Origin: Ignavibacteriales bacterium | GTDB lineage: Bacteria > Bacteroidota > Ignavibacteria > UBA10030 > UBA8401 | Reading direction: 5' to 3' | DNA length: 64,000 nucleotides | Assembly (NCBI GenBank): GCA_026390635.1 | Contig: JAPLFO010000148.1 | Span: forward strand, 60,080-124,079 | Shown here: positions 42,019-54,323 of the stretch, in pieces | Layout: each line of letters opens with the position of its first letter | Numbering within the stretch: the stretch's first letter is position 1 | The notes under the pieces: model-generated | Told to the model about the DNA's origin: nothing | The model's database searches: none | The model's input: only the letters and a program-made list of their open reading frames with translations | Translations under genes and position numbers: made by a program

Positions 42019-45003
42019 GGGGCACCTCCGGTTTTAAAATAATGCCTTTGTTCTGGTGACCATTGATTTTAATGGTTACGGGCGATGTGAATCGAAGGTG
42101 TTTTGTAAATTCTTTCTTCTCCAGTGGAGTCTGCTGGAGCAGCCAGTCCCAATCCACCGATCCTTGATGGCTGTGCGTGTTGACACTGAAATAGCCGATC
42201 ATGAACGACGTGATGTTTTGGAAAAAATGCGACCCCTGCGAGGGTGTCACAGACATTTCCTTGAACGCTGTCTCGACAATTGCCCGCGCTCCCGAAATCT
42301 GATCCCATGCGACAGGAATACCAAGCCAGGGGTCCAATGTCCCCCAGCGCCCGACACCGATGAGCAGGTAGGGACGACTCTCTGCGATCATCTGCGAATT
42401 GAACGATGCAACCTCTGCGGCGACATCCAGGCTGCGCGACCGGTCGAAGAGATGATAATCGACGAAAACGATATCATAAATATCCTGTACCACTCCATTG
42501 CCAAGCACCTGAGCGCTTTGGCACAAGAGCTTCTCCGGGTCGTACGTTTCGACATTGAGTTCTTCCAGTTCGCGGTTGATGACAAGCGGACGCATCTGCA
42601 GAAGCCCAAACTCTCTCGGCTTTCCCGGCGGCACGGTCATGTTCACTGCAAATTCGATTTCGACCGGCGTTCCCATGCCCCACGTTCCCATGTCCAGCAG
42701 CAGTTCCAGGATCTGCGGCAGCGGGTAGAAGTTGTAGGACTTCGCCACGCCGGAGAAATCGGGATAAAAATGGCGTCGTTTTCCGGATCGTACGTGGAGC
42801 CGACATAGCGGAGCGGGCCGTCCCGCTCGGCGACGTCCAGTCCGTGTTTCATGACGAGCAGATCGTGTGTCTCCGTTCCAAAATCCGAGCTCGCATCCAG
42901 CTGGAGCGCATAAAAATCACGCTGTGTATTGTTGAGCGTCTCTTCGACAGAATGAAATTGAATAACATCCGTCGGATAGCGTGGACAGAACCGGACTGTC
43001 GCACCCCCATCCACCACCATCTTTCCGAGTCCGAGCGCTGCGGAGACGACACCGTCCGACGATGTCTGCGGCGGAAGCGGGTAGAAGTTGTAGGACTTCG
43101 CCACGCCGGAGAAATCGGGATAAAAGCGCTGCTCGTGTTTGTTGCCTACCATCTTCTGAATAATCACCGCCATTTTTTCTTCTTCCAGACGGTAGGACGT
43201 CACCTTGATGTAGTCCTTCGCCGCCTGGTAGAACGTCGACGCATAGACGCGCTTGATGCTGTTGAGCAGATCGTTGAGCCGGACAAGCGGATTGGCATGA
43301 TTGTTTGGAAGCATATACGTTTCATAGACACCCGCGAACGGATGATATTGCGAATCCTCCAGCAGACTGGATGAACGAACGGCCAGCGGTGTGTGAATAA
43401 TATCCAGGAATGCGGCAAGTTCGCCGAGAATATCTTCGGGAAATTTCACCGCCTCCAAAAAGCGCTTCGTAATTTCCTTGTTGTCGCGGCAGTTGAGTGC
43501 AAAGTTGCGAAGATTATTGTCATCCACGAATTGATCGAACACGTCTGTTCCGATGACCACGGCCGGAGGCACAGAAATCTGCACATCATCGAAACGGTCG
43601 CGGACATTATAGTCGTTGATAAGCGTGCTGACAAATCCGAGGCCGCGCGCCTTACCGCCCAGCGACCCGCCGCCGATGCGCGCGAAGCTTGTCTCCGGAT
43701 CGAACGATTCCTTGGAGAAATCGGCGATAATCCCGCGTTGGCGTATATTGCGGTAGTTGTGGAGCGAATTCACCAGATCGTTCCGCAGCGCCTCGACGGA
43801 CGGATAGTCCTCCACCCGGCGCGGACGCAATTGATGGGCCAGCCAGAATTCCGTACGGGCTTTCAGCCAGTTCGAGAAGTGATTCCGTTTTGCGTGATAT
43901 TTGACGCTCTCTTCCGGCACGATCTTCAGCTGTTCTTCGAGGGTTCGCAGGTCGGTCGCCCGGCCGACTTCCATACCGTTGTCCGTACGGAAGACAAAAT
44001 CGCCGAAACTAAAATAATGGCCCATGAACTGGCGCAGTTCGTTCAGCAGCAGCGGGGAATCTTTCAGCACGAACGCTGCACCGGTATCGTGAGCGAGCTG
44101 TTCGTTCGACGCCATATTCGAGAGCAGAAGAATCGGTACATCGGGCTGATCCTCTTTGATGGCGCGAGCGAGCGCGATGCCGGCCTGCGGATCGGCCGTT
44201 CCCATCCGCGGAAAATCGATATCGGAAATAACACCGAGCATAAATTCGCTGTACTGTTCGTAGCACGACCATGCCTCTTCATACGTCGAAGTCAGCAGAA
44301 TCTTCGGCCGGGCGCGCATCCGCAGAAACTTGTGCGTCAGGTTGATGCCTTCGGAAATCAGCCGCTGCGACTGTTTGAGCATTTCGGTATAGATAATCGG
44401 AAGAATGGAGGAATAGTATTTGACGCTGTCCTCCACGACGATAACCGTCTGCACGCCGACCATACGGGCGTCGTGCTCTACGTTCATGCGATCTTCCAGA
44501 TATTTGATGATGGCAATGATGATGCGGAAATCGCCCTGCCAGACGAACACTTTGTCGAATACCGACGCGGTGTTGCTCACCAGCAGGTATTGCAACTCCC
44601 GATTGTCGTGGGCCAGCAGCACAACCGGAATATTGATGCCCGACTCTTTTACCATGCGCGCAAACGTCACGGCATGCATGTCGTCGATGTGCAGCGTCGT
44701 GATGATGAGATCAAAGCGCCGCTCTTCCTTGGCCAGAGCGATGGCTTCGTGTCCGCTGGACACGCGGGTGAGTTCTGGAGAATGGCTTAGATTGAATCCC
44801 TGATACTCATTCCGGATTAATTCATACAGTCGGCCGTCTTCTTCAAAGAGGTAGAGATCATACAGACTGGAAACAAGAAGCACATCGCGGATGCGCAATC
44901 GCATCAGGTTCTGAAATCCTTGGAACCGATTGCCGTATCCGTGCTCGACCAGAAGGGTATCGAGCGCATTGACAACGTCGTCATTTTTCTTGCGCATGGG
45001 CAT
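42005..45003 (-). pseudogene. Disrupted paralog of the REC-REC-PPDK_N (PEP-utilising ATP-grasp) protein: ORFs 42643-45003 and 42005-42748 together span the full-length homolog
   Basis: The 786-aa ORF aligns to residues about 1-760 of the intact 1004-aa paralog. It then leaves frame at a second copy of a 49-bp exact repeat (gcgggtagaagttgtaggacttcgccacgccggagaaatcgggataaaa; copy A 43078-43126, copy B 42722-42770). The 247-aa ORF resumes the homology (AKSYNFYPLPQILELLLDMGTWGMGTPVEIEF...) in another frame. About 20 aa are missing relative to the paralog. Confidence 0.6.
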
Positions 45004-45140
45004 AGTACAAAAGACCTGACAGGTGTTTATAGCAAGCGTCCGACACCTCCTTGATTCGCAATGGCTGCTGATGCTATCAATATTTCAAAATAGAAGCCAG
45101 CGTTCTACGGAAGAGATGTCGGACACTTTGCGACACGCTA

Positions 45141-46547
<1,407 letters not shown>

Positions 46548-46595
46548 TCAGAGCAAATCTGACCGCTCTGATTAAATCATGAAAGAAAGACTTTG

Positions 46596-46688
46596 CCACA
46601 GAGCCCCTCGACTCGCTTCGCTCGTTCGGGGTGACGCACAGAGAAAGAGAAGAGAGCACTCGCCTCGCTGAGCTCGGCGAAGCGGACG
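46596..46688 (+). repeat. Intergenic repeat, family C, copy 2
   Basis: See 41688-41783. CACAGAG/CTCTGTG heptamers follow immediately at 46703-46742. Confidence 0.75.
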
Positions 46689-46795
46689 GAGAATGCAGAT
46701 CAGCCTCTGTGTTCTCGTCTTTTGTCCTCTGTGTTCTCCGTGACTATCTTTTTATGCTAAGCAATTACAATGCTGCACACTATATATCACTCTGC

Positions 46796-49700
46796 TTATT
46801 GTGGCTTGAGAATGACGCCTTTGTTCTTATGCCCGTTGATTTTCGCCGTCAGGGGCCTATCAAACCGGAGATGGCGAGTATATTCCAGCTCCTCGACGGC
46901 CGGCTGCTCCTGCAGCCATTCCCAGTCGATGAAGCCGAGGTTCAAAAAAGAATTCACCGTAAAATAGCCGACGCGGAACGACGTGATATTCTGGAAGAAG
47001 TGCGATCCCTGCGACGGCGTCACATTGAAATCCTTGAATCCTGATTCCACAATCACGCTGGCGCCTGAAATCTGATCCCACGACACCGGGATACCGAGCC
47101 AATGATCGAGACTTCCCCACCGGCCGACACCGATCAGAATGTACGGACGCTTCTCCGTCAGCAGTTTTGCATTCATTGCACTGACCTCGAGCGCCACCTC
47201 TTTCGAACGCAGCCGCTCGAACTTCTGAATATCGACACATACAATGTCGTAGAGATCCTTGATGACCCCGTTCCCGAGCACCTGGTCGCTCTGGCAAATG
47301 CTGCTGCCTTTCGATGCCTCGTCCACATCGAGCTCTTCCAGTTCATGACTCAACACCAGAGGACGCATCTGCAGCATGGCAAATTCGTTCGGTTTCTCCG
47401 GTGGCATGCCCATCGATGCGGCGAATTCGATCTCCACCGGAGTGCCCATTCCCCACGTTCCCATATCCAGCATCATTTGCAGAATTTCCGGCAGAGGAAA
47501 AATCTTGTGTTTGAGAATCGGCGAAAACGTCACGACGCGTTTCCCGGCACGGGAGATGCCGTCGTACACCGAGTCGTTCTCCGCCGAGTACGTGGAACCA
47601 ACATAGTACAGTGTTTGATCCTCTTCCGCCTTGCTCAGATCGTACTTGCGTACAAATTTATCGGGCGTATGGTGCCCCTCCTTCAAGATGCCTTCTGAAA
47701 GATCCAACGCATAGAAATCCTGTTGTGCATTTTTGATCGTATCGTTCGTGGAGAAAAACTGCATCAGATGGCGGGGATACTTTGGACAGAATCTGACAGT
47801 ATTCCCTCCATCGACCACCGTTTTTCCCAATCCAAGAGCCACAAGTACAATACCATCCTCGGATGATTGCGGAGGAACCGGATAGAAGTTATAGGACTTT
47901 GCCACTCCGGCAAAATCGGGATAGAATCGTCCGTGATGCTCGGCTCCGACCATCCGCTGGATAATCACCGCCATTTTTTCTTCTTCCAGGCGGTACGCCG
48001 TGGCCTTCATGTAGTCTTTTGCAGCTTTGAGAAACGTCGAGGCATACACCAGTCGGACGCTTTCCAGGAGTTCCTGCAGGCGCACCGCATGATCCGGATT
48101 GTTGTTCGGGATCATGAAGGTTTCGTAAACACCCGCAAAGGGCTGGAATTGCGAATCCTCCAGCAGGCTGGACGACCGGACCGCCAGAGGTTCGTGAATG
48201 ATCGCCAGAAATTCCGACAAGCGGCTTTTTATTTCCGCCGGGAATCTGTCCGCTTCCAAAAAGCGTTTCCGGATTTCATCGTCGCCGGCGGTGCTCAGCG
48301 AAAGATTCTCCAGCCGGTTTTCTTCAATGAAGCGATCGAAGATGTCCGTCGCAATGACAACCGCGGACGGGACAGACACTTCCACATCCGGAAAGCGGTT
48401 ACGGACACTGTAGGTGTTGATCAGCGTATTGATGAAGCCAAGTCCGCGGGCTTTTCCGCCCAGCGATCCGCCGCCGATGCGTGCAAAGCTGTTGCGCGGA
48501 TCGAATGTTTCTTTTGAAAACTCGGTGATGGTTCCGCGCTGGCGCACTTCACGGTATTTCTGCAGGGACGTAATCAGCTCGTTGCGCAGATCGGCAGTCG
48601 ACGCAAAATCGGTCACCTTGTGCGGCCGCAAACGGTGGGCCAGCCAGAATTCCGTACGGGCTTTGAGCCAGTTTGAGAAATGATTTCTCTCCGCATGATA
48701 CACGATGGACTCATCCGGCACGCGGCGGAGTTGATCTTCCAGGGCACCGAGATTACTCGCGCGGCCGACTTCCTGGCCATCCGCTGTTCTGAATGTGAAA
48801 TCGCCGAAGCCGAAGTGGCTTTTCATGAACTCGCGCAACTCATGGAGCAGGCGCGGCGAACCTTTCTGCAGGAATGAAGCGCCTATCTCCTTCGCAACAC
48901 CGGCAAACTCGGCGTTGCTGGATTGCAGCAGGATGGGAATATCTTCATGCTGTTTTTTCACATTGCGCGCGAAGGTGATTCCCGCTTCCGGATCTTTCAC
49001 GCCGTTCCGCTTGAAATTGACGTCCGAAATAATCCCGAGAATAAATTCCTGATACTTCTCATAGTACGACCATGCTTCCTCGTACGTCGTGCAGAGTAGG
49101 ATTTTCGGACGGGCTTTCATCCGCAGCATCTTGTGCGTGATGTTGATACCTTCCTGAATCAGGCGCTGCGATTGATTGAGAATTTCAGTATAGATGAGGG
49201 GAAGATAGGAGGAATAGAACTTCACATCGTCTTCAACCAGGATGATCGACTGGACGCCGACGGTCATGGTATCGTTTTCGACGTTCAGCCGGTCTTCCAC
49301 GCATTTGATGATGCCGATCAGGAGGCGGAAGTCTCCCTGCCAGATAAAGATCCTGTCAAAAATGGTTGTGTCATAGTTCGTGACAATGTCTTTCCGCTCG
49401 CGGTTGTCGTATGCAAGCAGCACGATCGGAATCTGCAATCCCACCTGCCGCACCATCTGTGCGAACTTGATGACGTGCATATCTTCGATATGCAACGTGG
49501 TAATGATGAGATCAAAAGTATTCTCGACGGTGGCCAGCTCGATCGCTTCAGCGCCGCTGGTGGCATGGGTGATTTCCGGAGGGTGGCTCAGATTCAGCAC
49601 CTGCGATTCCTGGCGGATCAGTTCATAGAGCCGTCCGTCTTCCTCAAACAGGTAGTCGTCGTAGAGACTGGAGACAAGAAGCACGTCGCGGATTTTGTGC

Positions 49701-49810
49701 CGCATCAATTTCTGGAATGTCTTGATGCGGCTTCCGTAAAGGTCTTCTATCGTAAGATGATCTATTTTACTCATGATCGGCCGGACGATACCGTTCAGAC
49801 TGCTCGGCAA
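46796..49810 (-). CDS. Large protein with two N-terminal receiver-like (REC/pseudo-receiver) domains and a C-terminal PEP-utilising-enzyme nucleotide-binding ATP-grasp domain (PPDK_N)
   Basis: 1004 aa. N-terminus ...IRDVLLVSSLYDDYLFEEDG... and ...SIILVEDDVKFYSSYLPLIYTEI... (CheY-like folds). C-terminal half ...IGGGSLGGKARGLGF...AVRSSSLLEDSQFQPFAGVYETFMIPN...GTPVEIEFA...MLQMRPLV matches the pyruvate phosphate dikinase / PEP synthase PEP-pyruvate-binding domain. No phosphohistidine or PEP-utilizer C-domain is evident. Confidence 0.7.
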   Translation of the reverse strand: MPSSLNGIVRPIMSKIDHLTIEDLYGSRIKTFQKLMRHKIRDVLLVSSLYDDYLFEEDGRLYELIRQESQVLNLSHPPEITHATSGAEAIELATVENTFDLIITTLHIEDMHVIKFAQMVRQVGLQIPIVLLAYDNRERKDIVTNYDTTIFDRIFIWQGDFRLLIGIIKCVEDRLNVENDTMTVGVQSIILVEDDVKFYSSYLPLIYTEILNQSQRLIQEGINITHKMLRMKARPKILLCTTYEEAWSYYEKYQEFILGIISDVNFKRNGVKDPEAGITFARNVKKQHEDIPILLQSSNAEFAGVAKEIGASFLQKGSPRLLHELREFMKSHFGFGDFTFRTADGQEVGRASNLGALEDQLRRVPDESIVYHAERNHFSNWLKARTEFWLAHRLRPHKVTDFASTADLRNELITSLQKYREVRQRGTITEFSKETFDPRNSFARIGGGSLGGKARGLGFINTLINTYSVRNRFPDVEVSVPSAVVIATDIFDRFIEENRLENLSLSTAGDDEIRKRFLEADRFPAEIKSRLSEFLAIIHEPLAVRSSSLLEDSQFQPFAGVYETFMIPNNNPDHAVRLQELLESVRLVYASTFLKAAKDYMKATAYRLEEEKMAVIIQRMVGAEHHGRFYPDFAGVAKSYNFYPVPPQSSEDGIVLVALGLGKTVVDGGNTVRFCPKYPRHLMQFFSTNDTIKNAQQDFYALDLSEGILKEGHHTPDKFVRKYDLSKAEEDQTLYYVGSTYSAENDSVYDGISRAGKRVVTFSPILKHKIFPLPEILQMMLDMGTWGMGTPVEIEFAASMGMPPEKPNEFAMLQMRPLVLSHELEELDVDEASKGSSICQSDQVLGNGVIKDLYDIVCVDIQKFERLRSKEVALEVSAMNAKLLTEKRPYILIGVGRWGSLDHWLGIPVSWDQISGASVIVESGFKDFNVTPSQGSHFFQNITSFRVGYFTVNSFLNLGFIDWEWLQEQPAVEELEYTRHLRFDRPLTAKINGHKNKGVILKPQ

Positions 49811-49884
49811 TGCCGTCTGGAATCATAGAATGTGCGGGGATGAGTTATCCCGCTTGTCCCGCACATTCTATAACATTCCTTGCG

Positions 49885-51225
49885 CTACACCAACCCCTGA
49901 TCCATCATCGCATCTGCAACCTTCAGGAATCCGCCGATATTCGCACCGTTCACATAGTTGCCCGGAGTTCCGTACTTTTCCGCGTTTTCAAGACAGGTCT
50001 TATGAATATTTATCATGATCTGATGCAGCCGCTGATCGACTTCTTCTTTCGGCCAGGGAAGCCGCATGCTGTTCTGGCTCATTTCCAATCCGGAGGTGGC
50101 AACACCGCCGGCGTTCGATGCCTTTCCCGGCGAGTAGAGCACTCCGGCTTCATGGAGTACTTTCACGCCGGAAAGTGTCGTCGGCATGTTTGCGCCTTCA
50201 CACACACAGTAGCAGCCGTTTTTCAATAGTTCTTTCGCATCGCTATCGTCCAACTCATTCTGCGTCGCACACGGCAGCGCGACGTCCACTTTCACTCCCC
50301 ACGGTCGTTTGCCGGGATGGAACTCAACCTTGAAGTGATCTGCATAATCCTTCACGCTATCCCGTGCGCTGGCACGCATTTGCAGCATGTAGTCGATCTT
50401 TTCCCCTTTGATGCCTTCTTTGTCAAACACAAAACCGTCGGGACCTGACAGCGTCACCACTTTTGCACCGAGTTGTGTCGCCTTCTGCACGGCGCCCCAT
50501 GCAACATTGCCGAATCCGGATACGGCAACAGCCTTGTCGTCGAACGTTTGGCCGCGGGTCTTCAACATCTCCTGTGCAAAATAGACGACACCGAATCCTG
50601 TCGCTTCCGGACGAATCAGCGAGCCGCCCCAATTCAATCCTTTTCCGGTGAGGACGCCGGAGAACTCTTTGGTCAATCGCTTATATTGTCCAAACAGATA
50701 ACCGATTTCGCGGCCGCCGACCCCGATGTCGCCGGCGGGGACGTCGATGTCGGGTCCGACATGACGGTACAATTCCGTCATAAAGCTCTGGCAGAACCGC
50801 ATTACTTCATGATCGCTCTTTCCTTTGGGATCGAAATCGGAGCCGCCCTTACCGCCGCCCATCGGCAGCGACGTGAGGCTGTTTTTAAAGACTTGTTCGA
50901 ACGCAAGAAATTTTAGTATACCCAGCGTGACTGAAGGATGGAAGCGAAGTCCGCCCTTGTACGGTCCGATGGCACTGTTCATTTGAATACGGAAGCCGCG
51001 ATTGATCTGGAACTCTCCCTGATCATCCATCCACGGTACACGAAACATGATGACGCGTTCCGGCTCGACCATGCGTTCGAGTATTTTTGCCGAGCGATAT
51101 TCAGGATGGCGTGCAATTACCAATTCCAGGGATCCGACAACCTCTTCGACTGCTTGATGAAATTCGGGTTCGTTTGAATTTTTTGCTTTGACTTGTGCTA
51201 CTACATTTTGAATATATTCAGACAT
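49885..51225 (-). CDS. gdhA: NADP-specific glutamate dehydrogenase (GdhA type), second copy
   Basis: 446 aa, about 70% identical to the 45141-46502 product, with the same GGGKGG and nucleotide-binding motifs. Confidence 0.9.
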   Translation of the reverse strand: MSEYIQNVVAQVKAKNSNEPEFHQAVEEVVGSLELVIARHPEYRSAKILERMVEPERVIMFRVPWMDDQGEFQINRGFRIQMNSAIGPYKGGLRFHPSVTLGILKFLAFEQVFKNSLTSLPMGGGKGGSDFDPKGKSDHEVMRFCQSFMTELYRHVGPDIDVPAGDIGVGGREIGYLFGQYKRLTKEFSGVLTGKGLNWGGSLIRPEATGFGVVYFAQEMLKTRGQTFDDKAVAVSGFGNVAWGAVQKATQLGAKVVTLSGPDGFVFDKEGIKGEKIDYMLQMRASARDSVKDYADHFKVEFHPGKRPWGVKVDVALPCATQNELDDSDAKELLKNGCYCVCEGANMPTTLSGVKVLHEAGVLYSPGKASNAGGVATSGLEMSQNSMRLPWPKEEVDQRLHQIMINIHKTCLENAEKYGTPGNYVNGANIGGFLKVADAMMDQGLV

Positions 51226-51640
51226 AACAACCTCACCATAAACTACACTTTGTGATTTAGTGTGATAATATAGAACGTTTTTACTGCCGATGCAACTTCA
51301 GCTATTTTCCCGATATTGCGCATTTTTAGCCACAAGGTTGACTTTCCCTTACTGTTTGTAGAATTCGGAGTGCCCCACCTTTGGAAATCGAAAGATTTCT
51401 GCGACTTTCTAATTAGAATTTACGGCATATTATTTGCTTCAAACTAGTGGGGTCAACAATAGAATCGAGGGTAGTGGTATGATGTGGTTGGCAGGCTTTG
51501 CAGTGTATGCGTGTGTGGTATTTCTCTTCCTCCGGTTTTTCCGATTTGTTTCGCAGGTGGATGAGGATGTTGAACGGATGCGGGAAAGTACTTTGCAGTA
51601 AAAACGCCGGAAATGCCATATTGGTGATGTTGGCGCAGTT

Positions 51641-52978
51641 TTATTCCTGAGCCCACCCGGAGGTGGTATTTCCTATTTCGCCCTTTTCTTCCGTTTCGAA
51701 CGAGATCAGGACTTTGTCCACTCGATGGCCGTCCATGTCCACGACCTCGTAGCGCCTCCCGTCGAGAACAAAATGGTCTGCGACCGTCGGTATCCGCCCG
51801 AGGTACATGATCACAAACCCGCCTACAGTCTGATAGTGGCCTTCCGCATCCCCCGGAAGATCCCCAATTTCGAACAACTCTTTGAATTCCTGGATGGGCA
51901 TCATGCCGCTGATGAGCCATGTGCCGTCCTCCCGCTGAATGGATTTTGGGTCGTGCTCTTCGTCCACCGATGGAAGCTCGCCGATGATTGCCTCCAGAAT
52001 ATTCGTCAGCGTCACCAGCCCTTGAATGCTGCCGTATTCATCAACCACCATTGCAACATGAGGATGCGTTTTTCTGAACAGATCCAGCAGTTTCATCGCC
52101 GGCGTGTTTTCAGGAACGAACAGCGGTGGATGGAGGATGTTCTTCAGATCGATAATCTGATGCCTGAGTGAGAGGCTGAGAAGCTCTTTTGCCTGCACAA
52201 CACCAAGCACATTTTCGAGCGTTCCCTGGCAGACCGGAAAACTGGAATAGCCGCTGTCGCCCACTTTCTCCTGAATCGTTTCTAGAGAATCCGCAACATC
52301 GAACCAGATGAGTTTCACACGCGGTGTCATGACAGAAGAGACGTTCAGATCTCCAAGACGAAATACACCCTCCACAATTTCCTGTTCTGATTTTTCAAAC
52401 ACACCCGCCTGTGTTCCCTGATCGATCATAACACGGATCTCTTCTTCCGTTACCGGAGATTCCTCTGTCTTCCGTATGCGCAGAATCTTCAGGACGGTAT
52501 TTGTCGAAAGACTCAGAAAGCGCACGACCGGCCTGGCCACGCGGGAAATCGTCAGCAGCATTGGCGCCAACGCGACGGCGTATCGTTCCGGGTTCGTCAA
52601 TGCAATGCGCTTCGGTCCGAGTTCACCGATGATGAGTGTCAAATACGAGATGCCGACGACAACGGCGCCGTTTGCCAGCACGACCGCATACGATGAAAAT
52701 ACCGGCACCCTGGACAGCACAACGCTCAACCGTTCAGCAAATGTCGCGCCGCCGAACACGCCGGCAAGAATACCGACGGACGTCATGCCGATCTGCACCG
52801 TGGACAGAAACGCGGACGGGTCTTTGAGAAGTTCGAGGGCGACTGCCGCTTTGCGGTTCCCTTCGTCCGCCCACTGCTGCAGACGGGCTTTGCGGGACGC
52901 AATGATGGAGATCTCTGCAAGAGCAAAAAAGCCGCTCGCACAGAAGAGGATGAACATCAAAATAATTTCGAGGATCAT
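51641..52978 (-). CDS. Hemolysin-family / CNNM-type transporter (DUF21, CBS pair, CorC_HlyC)
   Basis: N-terminal 4-TM DUF21, then tandem CBS domains, then the C-terminal transporter-associated domain. Confidence 0.8.
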   Translation of the reverse strand: MILEIILMFILFCASGFFALAEISIIASRKARLQQWADEGNRKAAVALELLKDPSAFLSTVQIGMTSVGILAGVFGGATFAERLSVVLSRVPVFSSYAVVLANGAVVVGISYLTLIIGELGPKRIALTNPERYAVALAPMLLTISRVARPVVRFLSLSTNTVLKILRIRKTEESPVTEEEIRVMIDQGTQAGVFEKSEQEIVEGVFRLGDLNVSSVMTPRVKLIWFDVADSLETIQEKVGDSGYSSFPVCQGTLENVLGVVQAKELLSLSLRHQIIDLKNILHPPLFVPENTPAMKLLDLFRKTHPHVAMVVDEYGSIQGLVTLTNILEAIIGELPSVDEEHDPKSIQREDGTWLISGMMPIQEFKELFEIGDLPGDAEGHYQTVGGFVIMYLGRIPTVADHFVLDGRRYEVVDMDGHRVDKVLISFETEEKGEIGNTTSGWAQE

Positions 52979-52997
52979 GGTAGTCCGCCCGACAGCG

Positions 52998-54323
52998 TTA
53001 CCGCAGATAATACTTTAACGGATTCGGCGTCAGTGAGCATTCTTCCGCAATCCGCATACTTTCGATGAGTCGTTCATCGCGCAGCCGGTAGAGACGGGGC
53101 ACAACCTTGTCCCGCAGATCGGTAGGAGTTATCGGATTGATGTAGATGCTGGTTCCGCCTTCGAATCCGGCCGGCACATTGATGCGCCATTTGAGGAGAA
53201 CGTGCCACGGCATTTTATACACTGCATCGATGGGCGTATAGTACCATTCTTCATTACAGGAAATCTGACTCCCCATGGCCGCATGGCATGCCTGCACCAT
53301 GTTGCTCATGCCGCGCAATTCTTCTTCCGGGTGTTCGTGCGGACGTGCCGAATATGATTTTGAATAGATCTCGATTGTCGGATACCGGTGGCCGATACCG
53401 ACAACGGCAATTGCGTGCTCGTTCTCCGCAAAAACGAGATTGTATTGTCCCGCGAAATTTGCCCCCAGTTCATTGAAGATGTTCGGATCGTTGCGCACCA
53501 TCGACACCTGGCTTTGCAGTGTCGCACCCCATTCATCCAGTCCGACCAACTGTTTGTGCAAGTGGTCAAAGGAGGCGCCGGCCGGCTTCAGCCAGTTCTG
53601 GAAAATGCTGACATACCGGATGTACCTATTGTGTTTCAGCATATCGCGCATGGCATCGATCGTGAACTTGAAATATTGATAGTGCTCTTCCGGCGTCAGC
53701 GTACCGGACGACGCGAGATCGACGTCATACCGTGCGTCGGGCGTGTAGTGGCGACGGCTGATGATAAGTTCATGGCAGCCGCCGAACAACGCATCCACCA
53801 TCTTGAGCTTGTCGAACTCGGATTTCCGGCGGATTTCCTGGTCTGTCTTTCCGGAGCGCTTCAGTTTGAAGTGAATGACGTCGTTGATATGTTCCGCACC
53901 GACGGGATTTGCAACAAAGGCATCCCGCCATGCGATCAGATCCTTGGAAAGCGCGTAGTTGTAGTTCTTCTTCCAGTAATCGGTCGTGACGATTTCAAAC
54001 AGATTGGCGACCCGGCGAAACTCCGCCGGCCTGGAACCGCAGAGATCGGGTGTCAGGCGCTCTGTGCAGACATACTGACCGTCGCGTAATTCCAGACGCG
54101 ACTTCTCGGGGGAAATCTCTTTGTACCGGCTCTCACAGAAGCTGCAGTAGTTTTCCGGAGAGAGGCGCTCGATCTGCTGAGCCGTCTCCGGCACATCGTT
54201 CGTGATCGGTTTGTTGCTCCTGCCGGGAACCGCCCACACTTCCGTGCCGGTGAACGGATTGATCTGCTTGACCGTCCCGTCCGGCATGATATTGTAGTAG
54301 TAATTATAATTGGTAGCGTTCAT
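52998..54323 (-). CDS. GalT-like HIT-superfamily nucleotidyltransferase (galactose-1-phosphate uridylyltransferase-like, DUF4921/DUF4931-type)
   Basis: FDHLHKQLVG carries the HxHxQ GalT-branch active-site motif, and ENYCSFCESR carries a CxxC zinc site. The start is set at MNATNYNYYY (ATG 54323), overlapping the phosphoglucomutase stop as ATGA. Confidence 0.55.
   Translation of the reverse strand: MNATNYNYYYNIMPDGTVKQINPFTGTEVWAVPGRSNKPITNDVPETAQQIERLSPENYCSFCESRYKEISPEKSRLELRDGQYVCTERLTPDLCGSRPAEFRRVANLFEIVTTDYWKKNYNYALSKDLIAWRDAFVANPVGAEHINDVIHFKLKRSGKTDQEIRRKSEFDKLKMVDALFGGCHELIISRRHYTPDARYDVDLASSGTLTPEEHYQYFKFTIDAMRDMLKHNRYIRYVSIFQNWLKPAGASFDHLHKQLVGLDEWGATLQSQVSMVRNDPNIFNELGANFAGQYNLVFAENEHAIAVVGIGHRYPTIEIYSKSYSARPHEHPEEELRGMSNMVQACHAAMGSQISCNEEWYYTPIDAVYKMPWHVLLKWRINVPAGFEGGTSIYINPITPTDLRDKVVPRLYRLRDERLIESMRIAEECSLTPNPLKYYLR

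Noticed and set aside
43393-44790. 465-aa plus-strand ORF plus 45153-46088, 47102-47698, 47867-48517, 49133-49828 and 50473-50916 opposite the PPDK_N and gdhA genes
   Set aside because: All antisense to strongly supported genes. No recognisable domains.
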